From an uncultured virus (IMG/VR IMGVR_UViG_3300020200_000019) (Duplodnaviria; Heunggongvirae; Uroviricota; Caudoviricetes), in IMG/VR virus record IMGVR_UViG_3300020200_000019: 64,000 nucleotides of DNA; one strand, 5' to 3'. The notes under the pieces are model-generated. The model was not told where the DNA came from. It searched no databases and worked only from the letters and a program-made list of their open reading frames with translations. The position numbers and the translations under genes are program-made. Position 1 is the first letter of the stretch, and each line of letters opens with the position of its first letter. Below are positions 25,701-35,720 of this stretch, one piece after another.

Positions 25701-27884
25701 GTGTCCGGGGACGGCTACAGGCTCGTCACTTCCGCGCTCGATCTCTCGAAGGTCGCCGACGAGGTGGCGCGCGCCGAAGTCCTCGGCCTCGACATCGAGA
25801 CCTGCAAGGACAAGAGCCCTCGGCGAGGGAAGCTCCGCATCCTCTCCCTCAACACGGGTCAAGGCGACCCGTGGGTTCTCGACCTCTTTCAGACGCAGAC
25901 CCTTGGCCCGGTGGTAGACGCGCTACGCGATTCCCAAGCGATCAAGGTCGGCCAGAACTTGAAGTACGAGCAGGCGTGGTTCCTCTACCTGCACGGCCTC
26001 GAACTCTGGCCCCTGTTCGACACCTACCGCTCATCCGCGATCCTTTATAACGGCAAGGGGTACGGTCACAACCTCTGGGACATCCAGAGGCGGGAGCTAG
26101 GGGTCGAGGCCACCGGGCCGGACTTTTCCGCGCCCGAGCACTGGGAGGGTGTCCTCGCACCCGAGCACTATCGTTACGCGGCGGGCGACACGATCTACAT
26201 GCCGCTCCTCCGGGACAAGCTGAAGGAGAAGCTGGGGAAGCACGGTCTCCTGAAGACTGCTCTCACCGAGTTCGGCGCGATCCTTCCCGAAACGGCGGTG
26301 GAGCTTGCAGGCTTCCCTCTCGACCCCGAAGCTTGGCTCGCGCTTGCCCAGAAGAACGCCGAGGAGAAGGGGGTGCGGCGCAAGACCCTCCTTCACGCGC
26401 TTCCCCACCCGAAGTCCCAGGTGGCCCTTCCAGGCTTCGACCCCGACTTCAACCTCGACTCCCCCGCCCAGATCTTGAGATCCCTCGCGCTGCTCGGCAT
26501 CGAGGTCCCGGACACCAGGGAGATGACGCTGGCGATGTACGCGAGCGCCCATCCCGTGCTCCAGGACTTCATCGCCTACCGGGGGGTGTCAAAGCTCCTC
26601 TCTTCGTTCGGTCCCGAGTACCTGAAGCACATCGACCCGGAGACCCACCGCATCCACTCCGAGTTTTTTCCGTTTACGGCAGCAGGACGGTACGCCTGTT
26701 CCAAGCCCAACCTGGCGCAGATCCCCAGAGAGAAGGCGTTTCGCGCCTGCTTCAAGGCTCCGCCGCGCCGCCGTTTCGTCATCTCGGATTACTCGAACAT
26801 CGAGATGGTCATCGTCGCCGAGATCTCTGGCGACAAGATCTTGATTCAGGTCTTCCAGACCGGAGGCGACGCCCACTACACCACCGCGAGCATCCTTCTC
26901 GACAAGCAGATCGAAGCTGTCACCAAGGCGGAGCGCCAGCAGGCCAAGCCGGTCAACTTCGGGTTTTGCGTCGCCGAGGGTCAGCGCGTCCTTACGCACG
27001 TCGGGCTTGTGCCCATCGAGAAGGTCGAGGATGGGCATCTCGTGTGGGATGGGGTGGAGTGGGTGTCCCACGACGGGTTGATGTTCCAAGGCGTTCGCGA
27101 GGTGATGGAGTACGCCGGTTTGGAAGCGACCCCGGACCACGAGGTCTACACCGAGGAAGGGATCAGGATGCCGCTTCGGGACGCGGCGTCCTCTCTTCGC
27201 CGTCTTGCTGTTGGGGCGGTCGATGGTCGTCCTGTTATGGTCAAGGCGGTGGGTAGCGGGGTAGGCGGCGCGGTTCGCCTTGCGCGTACCTACGATCTTC
27301 GCAACGCCGGACCGAGACACCGCTTCACCGTCGAAGGAAAGGTGGTTAGCAACTGCTACGGGATGCAGGCTCCGAAGCTGGTCCTCTACGCCCTCGCCAA
27401 CTACGGGGTCACGTTCTCGCTGGATCAGGCCAAGGTGTTCCGCCAGAAATACTTCGAGGCGTACAAGGGGGTTCGGCGGTGGCACGCCGAGGTAGAAGCG
27501 AACATGGCCACCGGGATCGTGCGGACCCTCGGTGGGCGCTTGCGCTACCTCGATCCCCATAAGGATTTCAACGAATACAAAAATTCGCCAGTCCAAGGCA
27601 CCGGAGCGGACGGGTTGAAGATCGCGCTTCGCCGGGTCTACTTCGGGCTGAAGAAGCTCATCGGAGGCGTGCCCGCTCCCACGCTCGCGGTTCCGGTGCC
27701 GCTGGCGATGCCGGTTCACCACGTCCACGACGAGATTGTGGTGGAGGCTCAGGATGACCCCGATCTCCTCTCCGCTGTGGAGAAGGTGGAGCAGGAGGAG
27801 ATGCGGGAGGCGATGGCAACCCTTGTCAGGCAAGTCCCGGTCAAGGTGGAGACATCGACCGGAACCTCATGGGCCGAAAAGTAG
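25701..27884 (+). CDS. polA: Family A DNA polymerase (3'-5' exonuclease + polymerase, no 5'-3' exonuclease) containing a mini-intein
   Basis: DIET ExoI, YAAGD ExoIII, PNLAQIP, DYSNIE motif A, RQQAKPVNFG..YG motif B, VHDE motif C. Confidence 0.93.
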   Translation: MSGDGYRLVTSALDLSKVADEVARAEVLGLDIETCKDKSPRRGKLRILSLNTGQGDPWVLDLFQTQTLGPVVDALRDSQAIKVGQNLKYEQAWFLYLHGLELWPLFDTYRSSAILYNGKGYGHNLWDIQRRELGVEATGPDFSAPEHWEGVLAPEHYRYAAGDTIYMPLLRDKLKEKLGKHGLLKTALTEFGAILPETAVELAGFPLDPEAWLALAQKNAEEKGVRRKTLLHALPHPKSQVALPGFDPDFNLDSPAQILRSLALLGIEVPDTREMTLAMYASAHPVLQDFIAYRGVSKLLSSFGPEYLKHIDPETHRIHSEFFPFTAAGRYACSKPNLAQIPREKAFRACFKAPPRRRFVISDYSNIEMVIVAEISGDKILIQVFQTGGDAHYTTASILLDKQIEAVTKAERQQAKPVNFGFCVAEGQRVLTHVGLVPIEKVEDGHLVWDGVEWVSHDGLMFQGVREVMEYAGLEATPDHEVYTEEGIRMPLRDAASSLRRLAVGAVDGRPVMVKAVGSGVGGAVRLARTYDLRNAGPRHRFTVEGKVVSNCYGMQAPKLVLYALANYGVTFSLDQAKVFRQKYFEAYKGVRRWHAEVEANMATGIVRTLGGRLRYLDPHKDFNEYKNSPVQGTGADGLKIALRRVYFGLKKLIGGVPAPTLAVPVPLAMPVHHVHDEIVVEAQDDPDLLSAVEKVEQEEMREAMATLVRQVPVKVETSTGTSWAEK
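26967..27353 (+). mobile_element. Mini-intein (129 aa) in polymerase motif B
   Basis: Starts CVAEG, block B ATPDH, block F TYDL...HRF, ends VVSN followed by C. Confidence 0.9.
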
Positions 27885-27890
27885 TCTTGT

Positions 27891-27906
27891 GCGCACACAT
27901 GGTCGG
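27891..27906. promoter_or_regulatory. 16-bp palindromic motif copy
   Basis: GCGCACACATGGTCGG, between polA and the terminase operon. Confidence 0.65.
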
Positions 27907-27945
27907 GCTGGCTTCCCGATCTCCTTGCTGGTACTCTCGGGGAAG

Positions 27946-28695
27946 ATGACCGGCAAGCTCCAACACAAGAAGCTCGGCAACGTCCGCTTCGCCAAGCTGA
28001 AGGCCCTCTCCTGCTTCCAGGAGGTTCACAAGCGCCTGGCCGGGGGTTCGACCCTGGCCTCGGTGGCGAAGTTCGTCCAGCACGACCGGGGTGAGTACAC
28101 CTCGGTCAGCGAGGCGAGCCTGATGGCGGTGCTCTCCGAGTACCGTTCCTCGCTCGCTCCCAGCGAGAAGCTCCCGTCGAACAGCCCCCCGATGCAGAAG
28201 GCCGCGAAGCGGTTGGAGTCGGGGCTTGACGAACTGGCTGAGTTGGAGCGCCTCTACGCGATCCAGATGGAGCGCCTCTACATCGACTTCGGGACCGAGA
28301 AGAAGATCGGAAAACTTATCCCCACCATGACCCAGGAGGTTCGGGTGGCGCGGGAGATCCTCGACAACTATGCCAAGCTGAAGATGGACCTCGGCCTTAC
28401 CGAGAAGCACCTGGGGAAGGCGGAGGTGGAGGTGAACGTCGCCGCCGAACTTACCGCCAAGTACGGCGGTTCGGTGGTCCAGAAGGTGATCGACAACCCT
28501 GCGTCGGGAAGGAAGGTGCTTGCCATCGCCGAACGCTTCTTGGCGCTTTCGGCTCCGACCAACACCATCTTCCCCGAGGAAGGGGTGGAGTCGGATACCG
28601 AGCCGGACACCGATCCCTGCCCCCAACCCCTTGACCCGGGCGACGCCCCTGACGAACCAGAAGCGCCTCCCCCACACCTTCCGCCCGTCGCATGA
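27946..28695 (+). CDS. Hypothetical protein, candidate terminase small subunit
   Basis: HTH-like N-terminus plus coiled coil; overlaps the TerL start; TGGTACTCT extended -10 at 27929-27937. Confidence 0.55.
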   Translation: MTGKLQHKKLGNVRFAKLKALSCFQEVHKRLAGGSTLASVAKFVQHDRGEYTSVSEASLMAVLSEYRSSLAPSEKLPSNSPPMQKAAKRLESGLDELAELERLYAIQMERLYIDFGTEKKIGKLIPTMTQEVRVAREILDNYAKLKMDLGLTEKHLGKAEVEVNVAAELTAKYGGSVVQKVIDNPASGRKVLAIAERFLALSAPTNTIFPEEGVESDTEPDTDPCPQPLDPGDAPDEPEAPPPHLPPVA

Positions 28696-31175
28696 TCGTA
28701 CACAAGGACGGACGCGCCCGAGCGGTACGCACGCGCGAGGAGGTCGAGGAGGCGCTCCGCAAGGAGATGGAGCAGCTTTCTCCCGAGGAGCGCGAGACCC
28801 TGAAGCTCCTTCTCAAGGAGATGGGTCAGCAGGCCGACCCGAAGGCCCCGCTGCCGCTGGAAGGGACGACCCTGTTCGAGAAGCTCGCGGACAAGGAGTA
28901 TGTGCGGCGTCCGGTGGACATCCGAACCTTCATCCGGGACCGCTACTACCTGGGGGAGATCTGCGAGAGCCTCTACCCGAAGCTGGAGGACGATCTCCTC
29001 GCCCTGTTCGATGGCGGCTACCACGAGGCGATCTTCACGGGCGCGATAGGCTGCTTGCGCGGCGACACGCTTATCTACGATCCGGTGCGGGGAGACGCCC
29101 TTCCGGTGCAGGAGCGCCATCGCCTCGGGCACTCGTTTTGTGTGCGGGCGTTGTCGTCGGTCGGTCCGGTGGTTGCTTACGCGGAGGCCCCGCTAAAGTA
29201 CCCGAGTGCTCCTATGCTTCGTGTGGTCCTGGAGACAGGGGAGCAGCTTGTTGTTACACCGCGCCATCGGTTTTGGGACGGCGTTACTTGGGTGTGTGCT
29301 TCCGAGGTCGGCGAACGGCTGCAAGGATCTTCTTCTGTCTTTCTGGTGTCCAGTTCGGACAGCGCCCAGCAAGTTCGTGTGGTGTCTGTCGATCCCTGTG
29401 CCGACGAGCCGTACTACGACTTTCATGTTCCCTGCTACAACAACTACGCGGCGGGTGGGGTGTGGAACCATAACACTGGCAAGACGTTTTCCGCGTCGAT
29501 CGGCGTTTGTCGGGTACTCTACGACCTCTCCTGCCTTCGTGATCCGCAGAAGACCTTCGGGCTGGCTCCGGGACACGGGATTGCGATAGCGTGCTTCTCC
29601 GTGAGCGAGGACTTGGCCGCCAAGGTCGCGTTCGAGAACATTGCGCTGAAGATCAAGGCCAGCCCCTACTTCCGGGAGCACTTTCCCTTCCAACCGCTGA
29701 AGCAGGAGCTTCGCTTCCCGAACAACATCCTCGTCGCCGCCCGCGCCACCACCGACACCTCGGCGCTTGGCCTCAACATCATCTCGGCGCTGATGGACGA
29801 GGTGAACTTCATGCCAACCCGGGGCGGTCGGGATCCGCGCTTCGGCTACGTGGATCACGCGGAGACCATCTACAACGCGATCAAGCGGCGCATGAAGTCT
29901 CGTTTCGAGAAGCACGGGAAGCTGCCGGGGATGCTGTTCATCGTGTCCTCGAAGAACACCGCGACCGACTTCACCGCCCGTCGGATCGCCGAATCCAGAA
30001 ACGACTCGACGGTGTTTGTGGCCGACCATGCGCTGTGGGATGTGAAGCCGGAGGATTACTACTCGGCCAAGAAGTTCTGGGTCTTGGTAGGGAACGAGCA
30101 GATTCCTTCGCGCATTGTTGGGACCGACGAGGAAGCCCGTGCTCTCAAGGAACACCTCCCGGATGGCGCGATCTTGTTGGAGGTCCCGGAAGACTTCCGT
30201 AACGACTTCGAGCGCGACATCGAAGGCGCGATCCGCGACCTTGGAGGTTGCGCCACGGTCTCGGTGTCCCCCTTCATCCAGCGCCGTGAGAAGATCGTCG
30301 ATGCCGTGGACAAGAGCCGCGCCCACCCCTTTTCCTCCCTCATCTACGACCCCTCTAAGGGCGGGAGCTTCCTCTGGGACCGGATGGTCGGGCGCTTCGT
30401 CGAGCGAGGCTTCGAGGGGAACATCGAACGGGTCAGGCCCATCGCCTTCCCGACCGCTGCTCGCCACATCCATATTGACCCTTCCCTCCGCAACGACGCC
30501 TCCGGCCTGGCGATGGCCTGCATTGGCGGCTGGAAGGACGTTCGCCGGAGGTCGGACGATGGTCGAGAGTACATGGAGCGCGCGCCCGTCTACTTCGTGG
30601 ACTTCCTGCTTCGGGTGGTGCCTCCCATCGGGGACGAGATCGTGCTCGGAGATCTTCGTCGGTTCGTCTACGACCTGTCGTCCCGGGGCTACATGATCAC
30701 CAACGTCAGCCTCGATAGCTGGCAGTCGGCCGACGCTCTCCAGCAACTCAAGTCCCGAGGGTTCAACGCGACCCAGGTCTCGGTGGACACCTCGACCGAG
30801 CCCTACGACGTGCTGAAGACCGCCCTCTACGAGGGGAGGGTCAACTACTACGATTACTCGCCGCTGATCGAGGAGCTTCGGCAACTCGAACGGGACACGC
30901 GCAAGCGAAAGATCGACCACCCCCCTCGCGGCTCGAAGGACGTTGCGGATGCCTTGGCTGGGTGCATCTACACCCTCTCCCAGACCCAAGTGCATCAACC
31001 TCTTCCCATCTTGCGCGGTTCGTCCTACGTTGGTGATCTCTGGATGGACGACCAGCGCCAAGCCTTGTTCGGGGGCAACCCGGCCGCCGGATACAACACG
31101 GATTTGCGGGAGTACGCTTCCGGCGGAGTCCTCCCCGTACCCTTCTTGTCGGGAAGGGGAGACCTGGATTCCTGA
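28692..31175 (+). CDS. terL: Terminase large subunit containing a mini-intein
   Basis: GAIG|TGKT Walker A split by the intein, LMDEVNF Walker B, HIDPS, SLDSWQS, KIDHPP.GSKDVADA nuclease motifs. Confidence 0.92.
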   Translation: MIVHKDGRARAVRTREEVEEALRKEMEQLSPEERETLKLLLKEMGQQADPKAPLPLEGTTLFEKLADKEYVRRPVDIRTFIRDRYYLGEICESLYPKLEDDLLALFDGGYHEAIFTGAIGCLRGDTLIYDPVRGDALPVQERHRLGHSFCVRALSSVGPVVAYAEAPLKYPSAPMLRVVLETGEQLVVTPRHRFWDGVTWVCASEVGERLQGSSSVFLVSSSDSAQQVRVVSVDPCADEPYYDFHVPCYNNYAAGGVWNHNTGKTFSASIGVCRVLYDLSCLRDPQKTFGLAPGHGIAIACFSVSEDLAAKVAFENIALKIKASPYFREHFPFQPLKQELRFPNNILVAARATTDTSALGLNIISALMDEVNFMPTRGGRDPRFGYVDHAETIYNAIKRRMKSRFEKHGKLPGMLFIVSSKNTATDFTARRIAESRNDSTVFVADHALWDVKPEDYYSAKKFWVLVGNEQIPSRIVGTDEEARALKEHLPDGAILLEVPEDFRNDFERDIEGAIRDLGGCATVSVSPFIQRREKIVDAVDKSRAHPFSSLIYDPSKGGSFLWDRMVGRFVERGFEGNIERVRPIAFPTAARHIHIDPSLRNDASGLAMACIGGWKDVRRRSDDGREYMERAPVYFVDFLLRVVPPIGDEIVLGDLRRFVYDLSSRGYMITNVSLDSWQSADALQQLKSRGFNATQVSVDTSTEPYDVLKTALYEGRVNYYDYSPLIEELRQLERDTRKRKIDHPPRGSKDVADALAGCIYTLSQTQVHQPLPILRGSSYVGDLWMDDQRQALFGGNPAAGYNTDLREYASGGVLPVPFLSGRGDLDS
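29052..29474 (+). mobile_element. Mini-intein (141 aa) in the terminase Walker A
   Basis: Starts CLRGD, block B VTPRH, block F YYDFHV...NNY, ends WNHN followed by T. Confidence 0.92.
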
Positions 31176-31185
31176 AGGAGCCGCG

Positions 31186-31482
31186 ATGTGCTACGGCCTG
31201 GTCGCTCTCTCCGTGCTCGTCGAGGACGCTGCCTTCCAAGGAAGATCCGTTAACGACCCCTTGACGAACCGCGCCCTGAAGGATGTGATGCGGCTGAAGC
31301 GCGAGATGTTCGACCTGGCGCAAGATCTCCACCAGAAAGCGCAGCCCGGAGAACACTACTTGTGGTCGGCGGTGCAGGGGCTTCAGGCGGCGCAGGAAGG
31401 GTTGCACAAGGCGTTCGGGGCGTTGATCTTCGTGACCGGGCGCAAGTCGCTGTGGAAGGGCACGAACCAGTACGACGACTGA
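31186..31482 (+). CDS. Small hypothetical protein
   Basis: SD aaggag; leader ending VLVE-D. Confidence 0.65.
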   Translation: MCYGLVALSVLVEDAAFQGRSVNDPLTNRALKDVMRLKREMFDLAQDLHQKAQPGEHYLWSAVQGLQAAQEGLHKAFGALIFVTGRKSLWKGTNQYDD

Positions 31483-31498
31483 GCGATCACATGGACGT
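31483..31498. promoter_or_regulatory. 16-bp palindromic motif copy
   Basis: GCGATCACATGGACGT at a stop/start junction. Confidence 0.55.
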
Positions 31499-32558
31499 TC
31501 GCAACCACCCCACCAGCCTCGGACTCCTTTTCCTCGATGTTCTGTGGGAAGAAGATTCTCCTGCCCCGGCCAAGCCGAAGCGGGGCAAGCTGTCCCCGGA
31601 CCAGCACCGCCGGCAGTTCGGGAGGTGTCCGGTCGGCTACCTCTGGGACGGGGAGAAATGTGTTCCCCGGGATCAAGCAGGCAAGGGACGGAAGAAGGCG
31701 GCCCAGGCCCCCGCCGATGCCTCCGACGCTCCGGCGGCCGATACTCCCTCCTCGGAGAAGGACAAGAAATCCGACGAGAAGAAGGCCCCTTCCAGCAAGG
31801 GGCGCAAGGGTTCGGCGCGGAAGACCGAGTTCGGCAACAGCCCCAACATCCCCGCCAAGAAGCGCAAGGCCGCTGCGAAGAAGGTGCGGAAGCACCACGC
31901 CAAGAACCCCGAGACCTCCGCACAACTGGAGGCCGAGATCCAGGAGGCGGTGAAGAAGGGGCACAAGCCGGGAGCCACTCATCGGCTGGTTCACCACACC
32001 AAGCACTTTCTCAGCCACGCTATCGTCGGTGGGTTGCTAACCCGGGAAACCGCAAAGATGGGCGCGGTGCAGCACGCCCTCCACTGGGTTGACAAGACCT
32101 TCGGGAACGTCGCGCACGACATTGGACACCACATGATCGGGCACCTCGGGACCGGCATCCTCCTGGGGACGGCGGGGTACGCGATCAGCAAGATCGTCCC
32201 GCGTGTCCTGCACGCCCTCGGGGTAGGGGCGGCGACGGAAGAGGTCGATTTCTTGTTCGAGGAGCAGGGGGCGCTCCTCGACACCTACTTCGACACCGTG
32301 CTCGACCACCTCGCGGACTACGAGGTGAGCGATGTCGATCTCCGGGACACCCTGGTCAGCCTGGGCATCCCCGAGGATAAGGCTCGGCGGATGGCGGGGG
32401 TGCTCGCCGCTCCGGTTCGGGAAGCCCTTCAGGCCGGGATTTGCGCGATGGCTGAAGGCGAGAGTGACACCGACGAGGACGAGTCTTCCTCCGTCCCTCC
32501 TCCCTCCCCGTCGGAAACCATCGAGGACGTGCGGAGCCTGCTCCGGGAGGTCGTGTGA
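31491..32558 (+). CDS. Hypothetical protein with a CPxGYxWDGxxCV motif, a basic linker and a His/Gly-rich hydrophobic segment
   Basis: Translation from ATG 31491; strong codon bias. Confidence 0.65.
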   Translation: MDVRNHPTSLGLLFLDVLWEEDSPAPAKPKRGKLSPDQHRRQFGRCPVGYLWDGEKCVPRDQAGKGRKKAAQAPADASDAPAADTPSSEKDKKSDEKKAPSSKGRKGSARKTEFGNSPNIPAKKRKAAAKKVRKHHAKNPETSAQLEAEIQEAVKKGHKPGATHRLVHHTKHFLSHAIVGGLLTRETAKMGAVQHALHWVDKTFGNVAHDIGHHMIGHLGTGILLGTAGYAISKIVPRVLHALGVGAATEEVDFLFEEQGALLDTYFDTVLDHLADYEVSDVDLRDTLVSLGIPEDKARRMAGVLAAPVREALQAGICAMAEGESDTDEDESSSVPPPSPSETIEDVRSLLREVV

Positions 32559-32872
32559 GCGCCTTCGACGACCTGGTGGAGCTTTTCGCCAACGCCCCCA
32601 CCGCGATTCCGCGAGGCCCCTCGAAGGAAAACTCCCGTGTTGCCGAGGAGGCGATCGAGGACATCGACCTCGCAACCATCCTCCGCGACCTCGGGGCGAT
32701 CCTTGCCCGAGAGTACGCGACCCGGCTCGACGCTCTCGGCCTTCGTCCGGCCGACTACGTTTGCATCCCCAAGCTCGCAGAGCGCGTGGTGGGTCGCCTC
32801 GCCTCCCACCTTCACCCGGTTCCCGACACCCTCGCCTCCTCCTTCGAGGAGCACCTCCGGTCGAAGGGGTAG
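32555..32872 (+). CDS. Hypothetical protein
   Basis: SD ggagg, GTGA overlap. Confidence 0.6.
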   Translation: MSAFDDLVELFANAPTAIPRGPSKENSRVAEEAIEDIDLATILRDLGAILAREYATRLDALGLRPADYVCIPKLAERVVGRLASHLHPVPDTLASSFEEHLRSKG

Positions 32873-32875
32873 ACG

Positions 32876-34687
32876 ATGGGCTTCATCTCCGACGTGGCCG
32901 ACAAGGTTCGGTCCTTCTTCCGCTTCGACAAGGAGCGGGTACCCGCCGAGTTTGCGCAAGGTGGTGTGGCGGCCACATTTCCCCAGACCAGCAAAGATCT
33001 CCTCTCCACCTTCGGTTACGACGCGGTGGCCGAGTACCTGCGACTGGAACACGACCTGCTCGGACGGTATGCAGACTATGAGAGCATGAACGAGCATCCC
33101 GAATTGGCTTCCGCGCTCGACATCTTCGCAGACGACAGTACGCAGATCGACACCTCCCTGAACCGGACGGTGTGGGTTACGTCGAAGGACAGGGATGTTC
33201 AGACGCTTCTCGACGATCTTTTCCACCGCACGTTGCGCATGGACGAAGAGGCGTGGGAGATCGCCCGGTCGCTCTGCTTGTATGGGACGAACTTCGAGGA
33301 ACTCCTGGTCAGCGAGGACGGGGTACGGGGTCTCAACTTCTTGCCCCAACCGACGACGCGCCGGGTGGAAGGGCCACGAGGACAGCTTCTCGGATTCCTC
33401 CAGGACATTCGCGGGAAGTTCGGCTACTCCATTCAGGACTTCCAGGAGCTTCTTCAGAATCGGCTGGCCTCTCGGACTTCCTCGATCTCCGATGATCAGA
33501 CGGTGGCCCTGGAGGACTGGGAGGTCGCTCACTTCCGCCTGCGCGGGTCGAAGCGCCGCTCTCCTTACGGAGAGAGCGTACTTGAGCCTGCGCGCTGGAT
33601 CTGGAAGCGCCTTTGCCTCCTCGAAGACACCGCGCTCATCTACCGCCTCCAGCGGGCTCCCGAACGCTTCGCCTTCTATGTGGATGTCGGTGATCTCCCT
33701 CCCGCCGAAGCCTTGGCCTACCTGAACCGCGTCCGCCAGCAGCATCGCAAGCGGAAGTACGTCAACCCCGTCACCGGCAAGCTGGACCTGAAGTTCGACC
33801 CGATGCCCGCCGATGACGACTTCTTCATCCCTTCGCGCAAGGGGCAGGACGGGACGCGGATCGAGGTGCTCGGTTCCCCCCAGTGGACCTCGATGGAGGA
33901 CATCGAATACTTCCGCAACAAGCTCCTCTCGGCGATCAAGGTGCCCAAGGCGTATCTGGGGCTCGAAGAAGGCGTGGTCCGGGCGGTTCTCTCTTCCGAG
34001 GACGTGCGCTTCGCGCGTTCGGTGCTTCGGGTGCAGCGGGAGCTTCGCAACGGGTTCGGGAAGATCGCCCGAGTCCACATGGCGGCGCTTGGTGTCGATC
34101 CCCAGGCGGTCGATTACGACATCCACATGACCGTCCCCTCCGCCATCTTCGAGCTTGCTCAGTTGGAGGTGCGGAACGCCCGCGCCGACCTGGCGGGCCG
34201 GATGCAGGAGTTCGTGTCCCTCCACTGGATGCTCTCTCGCATCTTCGGCCTGGCGGACGAGGAGATCGAGCAGATCATCAAGGAGAAGGGGGAGGACGCG
34301 AAACGGGTGGCGAAGGACCAGGCAGGGGCGGAGGCGGAGGCTCAGTCCCAGTTCGGTCCTCCTCCGGGCGAGGAAGCGCCCCCCGAAGAAGCTCCGCCCG
34401 AACAGTTCCAACAGCCCGAACAGAAGGCTCTGCCGCGCATCATTCACCGGCCTCCCGCCATCCACTCGCTCATGGTGGAGCGACGTACCCGAGGCAGGAG
34501 ATCTCCGTCGAGACCGATCACCGAACGCGAACTTCTCCGAGGAAACCAGGAAGCGGAGAAGCGCGCCGAAGGCAAGATGGAGCGCCTTCTCCGAAACGAC
34601 GCGCGTTTGGCTCGACGACTGAACGAGATCGGAGGGCTGCTTCATGATCTCCGTTCGGCCAGTGTTCGGACTGGGGGAAAGCGATGA
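32876..34687 (+). CDS. T4 gp20-like portal protein
   Basis: LLEDTALIYRLQRAPERFAFYVDVGDLP, DDFFIP, DIEYFRNKL..A.KVP. Confidence 0.92.
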   Translation: MGFISDVADKVRSFFRFDKERVPAEFAQGGVAATFPQTSKDLLSTFGYDAVAEYLRLEHDLLGRYADYESMNEHPELASALDIFADDSTQIDTSLNRTVWVTSKDRDVQTLLDDLFHRTLRMDEEAWEIARSLCLYGTNFEELLVSEDGVRGLNFLPQPTTRRVEGPRGQLLGFLQDIRGKFGYSIQDFQELLQNRLASRTSSISDDQTVALEDWEVAHFRLRGSKRRSPYGESVLEPARWIWKRLCLLEDTALIYRLQRAPERFAFYVDVGDLPPAEALAYLNRVRQQHRKRKYVNPVTGKLDLKFDPMPADDDFFIPSRKGQDGTRIEVLGSPQWTSMEDIEYFRNKLLSAIKVPKAYLGLEEGVVRAVLSSEDVRFARSVLRVQRELRNGFGKIARVHMAALGVDPQAVDYDIHMTVPSAIFELAQLEVRNARADLAGRMQEFVSLHWMLSRIFGLADEEIEQIIKEKGEDAKRVAKDQAGAEAEAQSQFGPPPGEEAPPEEAPPEQFQQPEQKALPRIIHRPPAIHSLMVERRTRGRRSPSRPITERELLRGNQEAEKRAEGKMERLLRNDARLARRLNEIGGLLHDLRSASVRTGGKR

Positions 34688-34720
34688 CGACTTTCCCGCT
34701 TGACAACAGATCCCCCTCCC

Positions 34721-34749
34721 TTGACAGTGGGATCGTTAGCAGGTAGCTT
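34721..34749 (+). promoter_or_regulatory. Sigma70-type promoter, with a second TTGACA 21 nt upstream
   Basis: TTGACA(34721)-17 nt-TAGCTT; another TTGACA at 34700. Confidence 0.7.
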
Positions 34750-34752
34750 CCG

Positions 34753-35706
34753 ATGCGTATGCGATCCGAAATCAGCCGCCACTTCGTTCCGGTCGAAGAG
34801 ATTCGCCGGTTCACCGAAGGGAGCTACGAACACCTGATCGCACGCCTCTCCGAGGTCGTGCAGAAGGATCGCAAGCGCCTCTTCGGCGAAGATGACCTTT
34901 CGGTCCGCGTGCTCGGAACCTTCAAGGAGCACGCAATCGTGGCCGGAGGCAACGGCACGTTCGTTCGCGTTCGGTTCGAGGCGTCCGAACGGGGTGAGCC
35001 TTCGCTGGTCGGGGTCGAGCCTATCGCGGTCGAGGTGTTCGAGTCGTCGGACATTCATCGCTACGTGAACCGCGAGGCCCTACGGGTCGTGGACGCGCTG
35101 CTGTCTGGGGCGGCCACCGAGGCAGGGGAGCGCCTGCGTTCGATCGTCCCGCTGGTAGGGAAGACCAAGGCGCGCACCGAGTCCCAAGTCGTCGAAGGGG
35201 TGCTCGCTGATCTCCGCGCCGACCGGCCCTGGAAGCGCCTCTACGAGGAGCGCGCCCCCCGGCTGAAGTTCTTCCTCGGCGAGGCGGTGGTCCAGACGCT
35301 TGAAGGACATCGGGCCACACCCAAGTTCGGAAAGCTCCTGGACATGGCGGAAGCAGAGGTCGAGGGCTACCGCGACCTCGTGCTCTCCGATCTCCAGTTC
35401 CTCGCGGAGCGTCTGCTTGTGTTGCACGGGCAGGCTTCGGACAACCTGGAGGCGCTCGGCCAGATCGACGCTTCGGGCGAGGAGGGTGGTCCCGAGGCGC
35501 TGACCGCCCTGGTTCACTTCACCAACGACTTCGTGGAGGACCTTCGCGTGGCGCACCGCGTTGCGGCCGAGGTTCCCAACCACGTTCACAACGTCGGAGC
35601 ACTTGGTCGCGTCTACGACACAATCACGGAGCAGCTACACCAGTACGAGGTGGCCGGGGCCTTTGTCGCTGGGATGGCGGCGAAGCTCCAGACGGCCAGC
35701 CCGTAA
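34753..35706 (+). CDS. Hypothetical head-module protein
   Basis: 317-aa ORF between portal and protease; codon bias. Confidence 0.7.
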   Translation: MRMRSEISRHFVPVEEIRRFTEGSYEHLIARLSEVVQKDRKRLFGEDDLSVRVLGTFKEHAIVAGGNGTFVRVRFEASERGEPSLVGVEPIAVEVFESSDIHRYVNREALRVVDALLSGAATEAGERLRSIVPLVGKTKARTESQVVEGVLADLRADRPWKRLYEERAPRLKFFLGEAVVQTLEGHRATPKFGKLLDMAEAEVEGYRDLVLSDLQFLAERLLVLHGQASDNLEALGQIDASGEEGGPEALTALVHFTNDFVEDLRVAHRVAAEVPNHVHNVGALGRVYDTITEQLHQYEVAGAFVAGMAAKLQTASP

Positions 35707-35720
35707 CGGAGGCGAGTACG

